A stretch of DNA of 64,000 nucleotides from Octopus vulgaris (Eukaryota). The position numbers and the translations under genes are program-made. A model generated the notes under the pieces. It searched no databases. It was not told the origin of the DNA and saw nothing but the letters and a program-made list of their open reading frames with translations. Of this stretch, positions 1-12,489 are shown piece after piece. The DNA lies in assembly GCA_951406725.2 (NCBI GenBank), contig OX597821.1, positions 15,314,001 to 15,378,000 on the forward strand, read 5' to 3'. The stretch's first letter is position 1. The number at the start of each line of letters is the position of its first letter.

Positions 1-649
1 GGATTTGTTTTATGCAGAAAATTTCGTTAGCATGAATAAAATTCGATGAACATAGAGAAAACTATCTTTTAAGGTGTGTCTGTATTACTGATATATTCTT
101 ATTCCACTTGATCTCGCTTCTAAATATATCTGATTAGCATTGATATAAATGTAACTTGTAAGACATCGGGGAATCCATATATGTGCGTATAAATACATAT
201 ATATATATATACTCGATCTTTCTACTGATACTGAGTTCTAGCATATATTTCAAACAGAATTAGCATTGGTGTCATGTTCAAAATATATTTCCACCATTTT
301 CAATTATACATACCATAAGCCACCTGATAGTAAGATATAAATAGTAAGAAGTGCAATAATATTTCCTTTACACTGCAGTTTTACAAGTATTATGTAATAT
401 TGATTTTTAAACTTGCTACAATTTTACACATTTTCTTATTGACAAGTGTAACTGTGTGTATGTATGTGTGCGTATGTATGCATGTGTGTATGTATGTGTC
501 TATGTATGTGTGTGTATCTTGGGGTGGGTTTGTCGGTTAATTCTACCAACAAACCTGACTAGTGTTATAGATTTATAATCTCAGAAGGATGAAAAGTAAA
601 CTTGACATCGCTAGGATTGAAACAGAATAAAATTGTCCGTAGCTAAACA

Positions 650-840
650 TTGGTTTTAAAGGTTGGCACTTTCGTTTCAATCAGATACATTGGTCCTAGT
701 CTTCAAGTGGTGCGTATTTATCGACCCCAAAAGGATACAAGGCAAGGTCGAGCTCGACCGAATTCGATTTCAGAAGGTAAATATGGACAAAATGCTTCGC
801 GGCATTTTGTCCGGCTGTTACCGATTCTGCAAACTCACCG
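650..840 (-). mobile_element. Degraded SINE family B copy
   Basis: tttatcgaccccaaaagga...aaggcaaggtcgagctcg is the reverse complement of the family B core seen intact at 58431-58658. Confidence 0.6.
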
Positions 841-1297
841 AGTTATCTGTATCTAAATCTTGCAATAGAGTTGAGTTATCCCCACCCACTATCAGCAGCA
901 AGAGGTATTACAGAATTATAGCGGGAGGAATCATACGATAATCGCTAGTCAAACCTAGCTTCATTGAGCAACGATCCTAGTCATTGTTAAAAGGTGTCTA
1001 CATACACACACAGACACACACACGCATACACACAAACACACACACACAAACACATCTGTATCTTGTACTTGTTTCAGCCACTTGGCTGCGGTCAAGAAGT
1101 CCGATATTTACACTATCAGGACTTCAACCTAGATGGATTTACACAGGATTGCACCTAAGAACTTACGGACTTACTTCTACACGATCGGGAATTTGAACGG
1201 TGAACTTTTATGCTTCTTTTTTCTTATTCCTTATTCCTTTATTTCTGTCCTGTATGTTGTCATTTCAGTAATCTATACCCTTCTAATTTTCCTATTT

Positions 1298-1353
1298 GTC
1301 TCCGATGATGGAATATCCCATAAACTTGGATATCCCAGAAACAGCTGTAAGAC
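1298..1353 (+). ncRNA. Minimal type-I hammerhead ribozyme motif, U4->C degenerate
   Basis: stem I gtct/agac; core CCGATGA; stem II tggaatatcc/ggatatccca; GAAA; C-AGCT-G palindromic stem III; GTA triplet. Confidence 0.65.
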
Positions 1354-1548
1354 TTTGAATTTTTTTCCAATAATAATAATGTATATGACTTGAGATGTTT
1401 CCCTTGGCTTAACTTTTGTTGTCTTCTTTAACAATTATATATCCGTTATATCGGAAATCTGCAATGGCTCCATGAATACCGTCTTGGCTATAACCTTGGA
1501 GCCGTTATAGCATCTACCTAGCGTACCGAATCGTTAAGTTCTCCTGTG

Positions 1549-1598
<50 letters not shown>

Positions 1599-2260
1599 GG
1601 AATTTACAGAAGATAAAAGACGAAGACAAGTGAAGAAAGAACAAGCAGGTTATTAGTTTGACACTCTTTGACGTTTGGAGCAGAAGCACTTCGAGAAAAA
1701 GAATGGAGAGGAGGAAAAGGGAGAGAGAACGAAAAAATCGAGAGAGAATACATGTCAAAATGCTTCCTGGTGAGGTGTGTGTGTATTTAGATGGAGTTGT
1801 CAGTTAATTCTATTTTCATACTTAATATGCAAGATAGTAAATGGACTTCACTAGACATTTTATTCAGAAACACTGCGCTAGTTTCACCTCACCATTCTCC
1901 CATACCTTACGTCTGAAGCACTGTACAGTCGTCTGTCATTATAGTTGCAGATGCATCCCGTCAGGTCTCTTTATGATAATTCTTCGTGCATAACTTGTAG
2001 TTTCGCTTATTTCTATAACCATACATTTTAATTAGTGCAGCATAATATTCGTCTCTATACTACATGGCCTATACCCGAATATTAAATTATTACTATATCT
2101 ATAAGAGAAGGTAAGATCCAGACATCAAGGTGTAGGAAGATAATAAGCTTGGAGAAATCCGTAGAAGGTATAAGAAAGAACTGCCAGGAACAATAGTGGA
2201 TTATTGACCTTGAAAGTTGTACATTTTTCCCGTATTGAAGTGCGATAAGCTGAAAAATTG

Positions 2261-2300
2261 CTATATATATATATATATATATATATACATACATATATAC

Positions 2301-2353
<53 letters not shown>

Positions 2354-2610
2354 CATATATATATATACATATATACATACATATATATATACATACATAC
2401 ATACATATATATACATATATACATACATATATATATACATACATACATATATATATACATACATACATACATATATATATACATACATACATACATACAT
2501 ATATGTATACATACATACATACATATACATATATACATACATATATACATACATGCATATATATACATACATATATACATACATGCATATATATATATAC
2601 TTACATATAT
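2261..2610. repeat. Compound (TA)n/(TACA)n microsatellite
   Basis: Seen directly; source of the YI/HTYI-type ORFs. Similar arrays at 3040-3316, 3860-4058, 13800-14135, 38455-39078. Confidence 0.95.
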
Positions 2611-2808
2611 ATTACAAAATTAGAGAATGGAGAAACATACTTAAATCAGTAAAACATCAACTATCCGATGATACTCAATCCATACTTTAATACACCATTA
2701 CATATGAGTAAAGGCAATATATAAAATGAAATGAGATATACAGTAATAGTAAAAAGATAAAGAGATATAAGTAAAAAATTTCAAATATAATATGCAAATA
2801 AATCAGAA

Positions 2809-2916
2809 CTGACAGCTGTTTCGGCAGTGAGGACAGTCATACCTCATTTAACCTATAAGCCATAAAGGCAGGTATAAATGAGGCATTAACAAGGATGCCC
2901 CACGGCCTCTTCAGAG
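2809..2916 (-). ncRNA. Hammerhead ribozyme motif with long stem II, inside a TA-embedded element (~2611-2950)
   Basis: Minus strand reads CTGAAGA-ggc...tgcctcattta...taaatgaggta...gcc-GAAAC-AGCT-GTC; core intact, stem I only about 2 bp. Confidence 0.65.
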
Positions 2917-3069
2917 AATTAAATTAAATTTGTTATAATAGTGAAAAATATTATATAATCATATACATATAAATATAAAAATATAAAAATGTAAAATATA
3001 AAAACTTATACATCATAATGCTACACTTATATAATATAATACACATACATATATATATATATACATACA

Positions 3070-3116
<47 letters not shown>

Positions 3117-3128
3117 GTATATATATAT

Positions 3129-3185
<57 letters not shown>

Positions 3186-3196
3186 TATACATATAC

Positions 3197-3227
<31 letters not shown>

Positions 3228-3236
3228 CACATATAC

Positions 3237-3316
<80 letters not shown>

Positions 3317-3318
<2 letters not shown>

Positions 3319-3857
3319 GAAGAAGATAGCCTCTATGCAGAATGTAAGCTACTGGGAAAGACTCAAGAGATTAAAATTATATTCCCTGGAGCGTAGGCGG
3401 GAAAGATATGCCATAATATACATCTGGAAGATCCTGGAGGGAAGTGTCCTGAACTTTGGCATCGAGAGTTACGCAAATGCCAGAACTGGGCGCCACTGCG
3501 TGGTGCCTAGGACTCCAAACCTGCCATCAAGATGTAGGACAAGATTCTGTGATAGCCTGGGCTTCCGAGGCCCACAGCTCTTCAATATCCTCCCGAAGAA
3601 CCTGAGAGACCTGCATGGGGTGGATACAGATGTCTTTAAAATGAAGCTGGATCTCTTCCTGTCAGGTGTCCCAGATGAACCAACTTCACGGCAGGAGGGG
3701 CAGATGAGGGCAGCTGCATCGAACTCTCTCATGCACCAAATAGCAGTTGCTAGAAAGCCTCCATGAAGTGAAACCAAGTAGCAACACCAAATGGCGGTGC
3801 CCCAGCATGGCCACAGCTCATAAGCTGAAACTAGAATCAATCAATCAATCAATCAAT
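3317..3857 (+). mobile_element. 5'-truncated CR1/L2-group LINE: ORF2 C-terminus, 3' UTR and (TCAA)n tail
   Basis: [21 protein letters not shown]...GPQLFNILP...FKMKLDLFL...NSLMHQ (stop at 3766) is the post-RT C-terminal region of CR1-group ORF2; 3' stem-loop cagct-cata-agctg; microsatellite tail. Confidence 0.88.
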
Positions 3858-3926
3858 CATATATATATACATACTTATATATACATACATATATATATAC
3901 ATACATATATATATATACACATACAC

Positions 3927-3959
<33 letters not shown>

Positions 3960-3989
3960 CCTATGTATATATAAATATATACATACACA

Positions 3990-4059
<70 letters not shown>

Positions 4060-4064
<5 letters not shown>

Positions 4065-4340
4065 AAAAATGGGACAAGAACGCAAAACATCCGGACAGTT
4101 AAGTGATACAAAAGAGGGACAACAAAACATCCAGATAGACGATACAAAGAAAACAAGGACGAGTCATTCGAAGTCTTCTTTCCTCAGTCTAGTACCAGAG
4201 AATCTTTGCAATTTCTGCTGATTATACTCGGCCAGTCCCAAGGAAAAAGTAATCTAAGAGCATTAGATTCCTTGGAAGAAAGCAGCGAATGTATACAAAA
4301 ACAAGGACGGGAAAAAACGGATAATGTTACACAAATACAA
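4060..4340. repeat. Unclassified TA-embedded interspersed repeat
   Basis: Shares blocks (aaaacatccggac, gacg.gtcattcg, tttcctcagtc.agtaccaga, ctaagagcattaga) with 14135-14460. Confidence 0.6.
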
Positions 4341-4389
4341 TAATATATATATATAAATAATAATAAACATAGACATACACATATATATT

Positions 4390-4799
4390 CTTTTATTCCT
4401 TAACTCTTTTACACGTTTCAGCCATTTGATTGCAGCTATGCTGGAGCACCACCTTAAGAGGTTTCAGTCGAACAAGCGGACCCCAGGACTTATTCTCTGT
4501 AAGCTTAGTACTTATTCTATCGCACTCTTTTTGGCGAATCGCTAATTTACGGGGACATATAAACACCACGCGATGTTGTGGGGACAAAGACAGACACAAA
4601 GACAGACACACACACACATAAATACATATACACACACATAAACACGATGGGCTTTTGAGGTTTCCGTCTATAAATCCATTCACAAGGCCTTGGTCGGCCC
4701 GTGGCTGTAGTAGAAGACACTCACCTAGGATGCCACGCAGTAGGACTGAATCCAGAACCATGTGCTTGAGAAGCAAGCTTCTTACCACAGAGCCACGTC
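4390..4799 (-). mobile_element. SINE family A (tRNA head, CORE-like ccttgggcaagtgtctt segment, internal microsatellite, CR1-like tail)
   Basis: Colinear with copies at 5976, 7140, 45418 and 55125. Confidence 0.85.
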
Positions 4800-5010
4800 T
4801 TATTATGCATATAACAAGAACAGCAATGAAGAAAATCACATCTTCAATTAATGATTACAGCATTGATTACCGGTGATCGTTAGTGCTGGGCCAGCATATG
4901 TAGATACAGAGAAAAGATATAAAAGACCATATATTCAAAAATATATGCTAGCATAAAGGTATCAAGGCAATTCAAATGGGCTAGATTCAAAGTGAACTAA
5001 TTATATATAT

Positions 5011-5940
5011 TGTTGTGGTTCAGCTTAAGGACAGAGCTGGTGACCTACTTTTAGGATAAACCCTTTGTCCTGTCAGATTCAGATGGATTGATCTGTTCTG
5101 GGTGGACCTGTGACCCCTTTGGGGGTGAACTAGAGGTCGTTCTAAACACCCCTTGAAGAAGAGGAAGAGGAAAGTAGTGAGAAAGATAGAGTAAGGAATC
5201 TGAGAGCAGATAGAGAGGATGACGGCAGCAGCGCCGATAAAGATAGGGACATAGGACCAGGCGGGATAGAGAGAGTATAAGGCTAAGAGACAGATTGAGG
5301 GTAGTGATAAAGACAGTCGGATTTTGGAAGTCAGGGCAAGCGGTTGGGATTCAGGAGCTTGGCAAGTTGGAGTTAGCGGTACAGAGAGAGATGAAGTGCA
5401 ATATGGGACACTGGCTATTCTAATTAGGAATTAAGGTATTTAATTGTATTGATACGTGTTACGATGTAAAAGAAAAAAAGAGAAAGAAGAAAGAGAAAGA
5501 AGAAAGAGAGAGAAAAAGAAGGACTCTGATGTAGTCGTTAAAGACTTTGAATTGTAACGTGAATTGTTGTGATACGAACATTGTATAATGAACAATTGAA
5601 CTGTTAGGCCTTTAATGTGTCTTCGGACGTGTACCTTTGAAATAGAACTGTTGTCTCCGGACTGTTATATTGTTACTTGCATGTTTAAATGCTTTGATCT
5701 GTTGTATGATGTATTGAGTTGTCACGTGCATGTCCTCCTTTAAATGTTTCCTTTAAATGTATTTGATGTGTAACAATTGATTGTCATAAACTAGTGTTAA
5801 ATGTAAGCAAGTTGTGCTTTGCCTCTTTGTGTCTCTCACGGTTGCCTCTGTATCTCTCTGTGCTGCTGCGATTGTTGGTGTTGTATCTCTCCTCTCTCTG
5901 GGTTCCGTTCGGGCGAGCGGCGACGGGTGATTCCGTAACA
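5011..5940. mobile_element. Probable solo LTR (930 bp)
   Basis: Begins TGTTGTGG and ends CCGTAACA (TG..CA, 6/8 inverted match); flanked by atatat on both sides; non-coding and more GC-rich than its flanks. Confidence 0.6.
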
Positions 5941-5975
5941 ATATATTAAACCGTTTTACTTCTTGTATATGTATA

Positions 5976-6368
5976 TACTCTTTACTATGTTACTTGTTTC
6001 TTTCATTTGACTGTGGCCATGCTGGAGCACCGCCTTCAGTCGAGCAAATCAACCACAGGACGTATTCTTTGTAAGCCTAGTACTTATTGTATCAGCCTTT
6101 TTGCCGAACCGCTAAGTTACGCGGACGATAACCACACCAGCATCGGTTGTCAAGCGATGTGGGGGGGGGGGACAAAGACAGACACACAAACATATACACA
6201 TACATACATATATACGACGGGCTTCTTTCAGTTTCCGTCTACCAAATCCACTCATAAGGCTTTGGTCGGCCAGAGGCTATAGTAGAAGACACTTGCCCAA
6301 GGTGCCACGCAGTGGAACTGAACCCGGAACCATGTGGTTCGTAAGCAAGTTACTTACCACACAGCCAC
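5976..6368 (-). mobile_element. SINE family A, near full length
   Basis: Minus strand: gtggctgtgtggtaag (A box), ggttcagttcc (B-box-like), ccttgggcaagtgtctt, tail ggcggtgctccagcatggcc. Confidence 0.9.
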
Positions 6369-6386
6369 ATGTATTTATGTATGAGT

Positions 6387-6444
<58 letters not shown>

Positions 6445-7139
6445 CACAGTAAATATAGACCTCTACATGTATATTAAATTAGGAATTGCTATAATTTATT
6501 CCTTCCTAATAACTGCTTTTGTTTATCTTTCTAAAACAGTTTACTGTAAATAAAATTCTAGAAGATTCCTTAACAAGTGCAATAACAGGACAGTTGCTAT
6601 TTGTATCTCATGCCAAACACCCATATTTAGTAATATCTACAAAGACTTTAAGGTAGCTATAGCAACTAGAGATTTTCACAAATCAAACCACACATAAATA
6701 ATTTCTTGAATTATACGTGTTGAGCTGTGAATATCTCATTTACACGCTGAAATAACTTAGATGTAATAGTGAAGTATTTAAACATCTTTTTCATTTTACA
6801 TTCGTTGATATTGCGTGAATGAAAGAAAATAGCTAACAGAATAGACAAACTATAATGAGCCTACTCTGTAGTCATGCAATACGCAATATATGAAAACTTA
6901 CAGGAATCGGTGACACAGATATGAATATTTCCACGGACAAATCTGTCTTGGATATCTTGAGATATAGATCGTTATGTTTATAAAAGGGTGAAGATTGAAA
7001 ATCTTTTCGCTAGTGAATTGAAAATCCAATTGTTTATGGCTAAGAAAGGCATTATTAACAGGTGTGGAGTCACGTGTATCTGCTGCAAGTGGTAATCGAA
7101 ACGAAGTAATAAATCGATTCTGCCGAAATAAATCACGTT

Positions 7140-7365
7140 TTCTTTTATTATTTTACTTGTTCCAGTCATTTGATTGTGGCCATGCTGGAGTACCGTCTTT
7201 AGTCGAGAAAATCGACCACAGGACTTATTCTTCGTAAGCCCAGTACTTATTCTATCGGTAGGTTTTGGCTATGTTACGGAAATGTAAACACCCCAACATA
7301 GGGTTGTCAAGCGATTTTGGAGTGGGACAAATACAGACTCACAAATACACACACCCCAACATACG

Positions 7366-7416
<51 letters not shown>

Positions 7417-7573
7417 GACGGGATTCTTTCAGTTTCGGTCTACCAAAACCATTCACAAGGCTTTAGTCGGGCGGAGGTTATAGTGGAAGACACTTTCCCA
7501 AGATCGTGCGTAATGGAACTGAACCTGGAACCATGTGGTTGGGAAGCAAGCTTCTTACCACACGTCCGCTCCT
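7140..7573 (-). mobile_element. SINE family A with expanded internal (TA)n
   Basis: Same head and tail modules as 5976-6368. Confidence 0.85.
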
Positions 7574-7800
7574 TTGACTTAGGGAAATAATAACCTTAGA
7601 TGCCTCAGTTCATAAACAAGTATTTGTTTTAAAACTAATAGTGATTTGTAATTTACGTTCCTATTTCAAATTTCACCGTGGCCTACTTTGCCTTTCCTCC
7701 TTTCAGGGTTTGCAAAATATGTACCAGTCAAGTTCTAGGATTTATCTTATCGATTCACCCAGTCCTAAAAACCGTCTGGGCCGGTGCCAAAATTTAAAAA

Positions 7801-7858
<58 letters not shown>

Positions 7859-9195
7859 AACAGATTGAACATTTCTGAATTTTTCCTCAGACTGTTCCTT
7901 TCTTCTGAAGATGGACTTTGCGCCTGAAATTCAAAGGCTTTATTAAACTTCCACGTAGTCAGAAGCTTTCTATTTTCTCTCTATTTGCTTTCATCGATAT
8001 TACAATGCTCCAAGCGAACTACAACGCTCTTATAGACTGAAAATTATTGAAGTCGGGGATCTAAGACTAATTCTTAGTACATTTCAGCGTGATGTCGAGA
8101 AGCTGATATTCTTGCACAATGTATATCCATCGCACTAAAAGTACGTAAACAACATGGTTTCTGGTGAGTTGTAAATGTGCACTTTCATATTGTAAAAACA
8201 TCAAAATAATGAGTTAATTACGTTTGATTCTAATTTGTGAAATACAGTTACTTTAAATTTTCGGTAGAATGAAGTCTACGTTAGTGGTGATGTGTCGGGG
8301 AGGGAGCGATAGGAATATGAGCTATTTTACGAGGAGGCAGCTATCCGAAATAATTTCGGAATAACATAGAATCTATGTATTCTTCCGTTTTTATGATGAC
8401 AGCGTATCATGCCGAGTGAATAACAAATACGTTTGCTTTTAGGAAATTTCGATGCCAAAATGGACAAATTAAACAATCGAAACACGAAACTAAATACTTT
8501 ATAAACGCTTCAAGGATAATATTTCAATTGTTCACAGATTTGGTCTTAGACTGAATCCCAAGGGAATAAATCTATTTATCATTACAAAACAGATCGACAT
8601 ATTTTTTAAAATATATATTTTGATAAATCTACTCTTCATAATACAATCACTTGGAGATGCTATCAAATATTTTTGCACACTAAATTCCGTGAGGAATATA
8701 ATAATACAAATTTGCTCTCACAGATATGGATAATGTTTTGACACTTGTGTGCCATGAGCGATAAGGTTTTTGTTTTTTGTTTATGAATATGAAACAAGAA
8801 TTATTAACAGTCCTTGGAACATTGGAGGAATTGAGAAATTACGAGGTTCAGTAAATCATTTTACTTGACAATTTTAGTTGCGGTAAGTTGTACTATGAGA
8901 TAGGGCTGCAGGGAGAAACTGTGTGCTGCATCGATTATTTAGAAGGAGGGAGTTGTTTGGAAAATTGAAGCAAACTTGCTATTTTTACATTATCTACCTG
9001 TCTCTCTGTGCCTGCATCTCTGCTCATCTGTATGTATGTATGTATGTATAAATATAAATATATACACATATATGTATGCATGAAGATTTCTTCTTCTTCT
9101 TATTATTATTTTTCCTTCTTTCTTCAAATTTTGCGTACACCTAGGGCAGAGAAGCTCATTGTATGCATTCCCAGATTACACATGCAAATTCACAG

Positions 9196-9294
<99 letters not shown>

Positions 9295-9324
9295 TCCTGA
9301 CCTCACCTGTTTTAATTCTTATTT

Positions 9325-9743
9325 TGTGAGAGAGCAGCGCATATCAAAGTGAAACTGGGGTACAAGTATAGCCATCATAACTATCCGTCTGATAAGAGTG
9401 AACTAGGCTCGTGCATCACAACCATACATACACGACATGGTGATGTTATTGAAAGATTAACAGCACAAACTTGCAGGTGGGGCCCAGTTAGAATTTTCTT
9501 CGGGTCGAGTAGCCCATCCCGCTCAAAAGGACACTTAATAAGAGTTTTTTTATGGCTGTTGAACGAAACACCCATGTTTACAGAGGTCATTTATTCAAAC
9601 CCCAAAGAATCCCTCTCAACACATGGCTATGATGCTACCCTACTACTTCTGCTCGTGACCAGAGATGCTCATATCGTCAGCCACTAAGGGACATGCTCAA
9701 CTGGTTAAGGTCAAACAACTGACAAGCAAATCTGGTATTGAGC
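9325..9743 (-). mobile_element. Non-coding element inserted in (TAA)n, copy 1
   Basis: Reverse complement of 56446-56921 (shared gaagaaaattctaactgggccccacctgcaag and ttgcttgtcagttgtttgaccttaaccagtt); TAA-type runs on both sides. Confidence 0.8.
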
Positions 9744-9770
9744 TATTATCATCATTATTATTATTATTAC

Positions 9771-9982
9771 GGCGTCGAGCTGGCAGTATCGTTAGCACGT
9801 TGAGCGAAATGCCTTGCGGAATCTCGCTCGTCGCTACGTACTGAGTTCAAATTCCGCCGAGGTCGATTTTGCCTCTCATCCTTTCGGGGTTGATAAATTA
9901 AGTACCAGTGAAACACTGGTATCGATGTCATTGACTATTCCCCCTCCCCCAAATTTCAGGCCTTGTGCCTATAGTAGAAAGA
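9771..9982 (+). mobile_element. SINE family B, tail type 2
   Basis: ggcg.cgagctggcag head, gagttcaaattcc B box, gcct.tcatcctttcgggg core; tail ccccaaatttcaggccttgtgcctatagtagaaag followed by (ATT)n. Confidence 0.85.
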
Positions 9983-10012
9983 ATTATATTATTATTATTA
10001 ATATTATTATTA

Positions 10013-10061
<49 letters not shown>

Positions 10062-10373
10062 CATCATTATTTAAATAAACTTGGTACAACGAAGCAAGAA
10101 AACTTATAAGCTCTCCAAACCTTTTCTACTGGTATCGGTCAATGAATATTATCATATAATAGGACTCCTCCTTCGTGAAAATTCGTAGATATCCGTAAAG
10201 TTTATAGAAGAAGAATACTAAGAGAATATGGATTGAACATGCGGACAGCTGCTGGTGATGTCTTGAAACAATTATAATGGTATATATTGGATCACTTCCA
10301 ATCCTTCTTCTCTTATTAAGAATTTGATATATGCAAGTGTGTTTTCGTGTATGTCTGCATGTATGTATGTGCA

Positions 10374-10454
<81 letters not shown>

Positions 10455-10458
<4 letters not shown>

Positions 10459-10745
10459 AAATATTAGGGAATAAATCCAAACTTACAGGGAAAAATCAGA
10501 TTTAGGATTGAATCCAATTTTATAGTAAAATATTATATTATATTAAAATAGAGATAAAACCACTATTAGGCAAATCATACAATGAAAAACTTAAGCCAAT
10601 ACATAAAATTAATTAATTTATATTATTTTAAATATATCAAAATTATTAAAAAAAGATAATAATTTTAATAATTTTGATATATTTAAAAATTAATTATGTA
10701 TTGGCTTAAGTTTTTCATTGTATGATTTATCTCTAATTTAATATA
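10455..10745. repeat. AT-rich foldback element inside (TA)n
   Basis: aatcatacaatgaaaaacttaagccaatacataa and its reverse complement flank an inner aaatatatcaaaattattaaaa inverted pair. Confidence 0.8.
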
Positions 10746-10812
<67 letters not shown>

Positions 10813-11246
10813 TGTGCGTGTGAATGTGCGTGTGTATATGTATACTCACTTTTTCTATAAACTCTCTCTCTCTCTCTGTCTCGCTCTTTCCTACACACAC
10901 ATACAAACATATAGACATAATCTCTGATTGTAGTTAACAACCGAGGAAGAAACCAATGCATGGAATTGATTCTAATTAAATCGTTTAGGCTGAGGCTGGT
11001 TGCCGTCACTCCAAGTTTCACAATAATTCGATCAATCAGACTACGACATGTTCTCCAATTAAACACGTCTCTTCATTTGAGATAGTTTTGGGGAACTCAA
11101 TATTACCATGTGTATAATAGGACTATGTGTATGAAAATATGTTTCTTAACGACACAGTTTTGGAAATCATTTCTGGACAACTGATAAGATAAGATAATCG
11201 TCTAAATTGACATTTTGATTTTTTATGCAAATAAATTTATAGTTTA

Positions 11247-11565
11247 TTTCTTTCACTTGTTTCAGTCATTTGACGGCAGCCATGCTGGAGCACCGCCTTT
11301 AGTGGAACAAATCGATCCCATGACTTAGTCTGTCAGGCTCTCATACCGAACCCTAAGTTACAGGGACATAAATACGTCAACATATATATATATATATATA
11401 TATATATGACGGGCTTATTCAGTTTCTGTTTTTTTAATCTACTCAAAAGGCTTTGGTCGGCCCCAGGCTATAGTAGAAGACAGTTGCCCAAGATGCCACG
11501 CAGTGGGACTGAATCCAAAACTGTGAGGTTGTGAAGCAAGCTTCTTACCACACAACAACTCCTGT
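11247..11565 (-). mobile_element. SINE family A, internally deleted
   Basis: Head and tail modules present. Confidence 0.8.
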
Positions 11566-11759
11566 ACCTACAGTTTATTTATATTTTATATTTAACACGT
11601 ACATACTTGAGCGATGATTCCTAGAAGAACTTTCTGATGCTGTGGGGTTTAAGGAAATGAATATTGAGCAAAGACATAAAATGAAACTTTGAAAGATTCA
11701 CAATAGGATAAGCATAAGTAGTTGTTCTCATGTAACATCGCTATTTTACATTGTCTACC

Positions 11760-11974
11760 ATTTCTACCATTGGCACAAAGTCTGAAATTTGGTGACGTGG
11801 GGAGGAAATAGTCAATTATATCGACTCCAGTACTCAACTGGTACTCAGTCGATCGACTCCGAAATTGAGGAAACGCAAAGTGAATCTCGTTCGCATTTGA
11901 ACTCAAAACGTAAGGACGGACGAATCGTTACCAAGCATTTTGCCAAGTGTGCTAACGAGTCTGCCACCTCGCCG
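11760..11974 (-). mobile_element. SINE family B, tail type 2, diverged
   Basis: ggcacaaagtctgaaatttgg tail; tttgaactc and gccacctcgccg head on the minus strand. Confidence 0.7.
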
Positions 11975-12450
11975 TCTTTCATTTGTTTATCATTAATTAT
12001 ATCAGTTATCGTATATATTCTTATATGAGATATCGATAACGAGCTGTCTTAAAGTGTAAAATGTCACTCACAACATAATCTTATAAACATGTAACAGAAA
12101 GCAATTACCACTCAAGGCACGAAGAAATTATAAACAGGAGTAAATTGTATAGTTTTCATTGTGATAAATTAAAAGAAAATGTTCCCCTGAATGGTACAAT
12201 GGATTATCGTAGATGATAATCTCAGCAGATTTGGTACAATTCCGCGTGAGCTACATTAAAGGAAGCAATGTAAGTTGGAGTGTTTTATCAAGAAACACGC
12301 CTATCTCTCAGGAGATAATTTCAAAATCATGGTTAAAACTTAATGTAGTGGATTATACAACAAATTAACTCGGCTCTATATCTATCTGTCTCTACATCGT
12401 TCTCTCTCATACTTAGTGTCTCTCGCTTTGTTACTGTTTCTTACACACAT

Positions 12451-12489
<39 letters not shown>

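Noticed and set aside
1664-1698. Possible decayed mini-hammerhead on the minus strand
   Set aside because: Several core positions differ; too degenerate to call.
2082-3396. Long YI/HT/CV-rich ORFs here and at 13.8, 34.5, 38.2-39.1, 45.9-46.7 and 61 kb
   Set aside because: Translations of stop-free microsatellites, open in several frames on both strands.
7901-7965. CTGAAGA-tgga...tcca...GTC hammerhead remnant
   Set aside because: The GAAA half of the core is missing.
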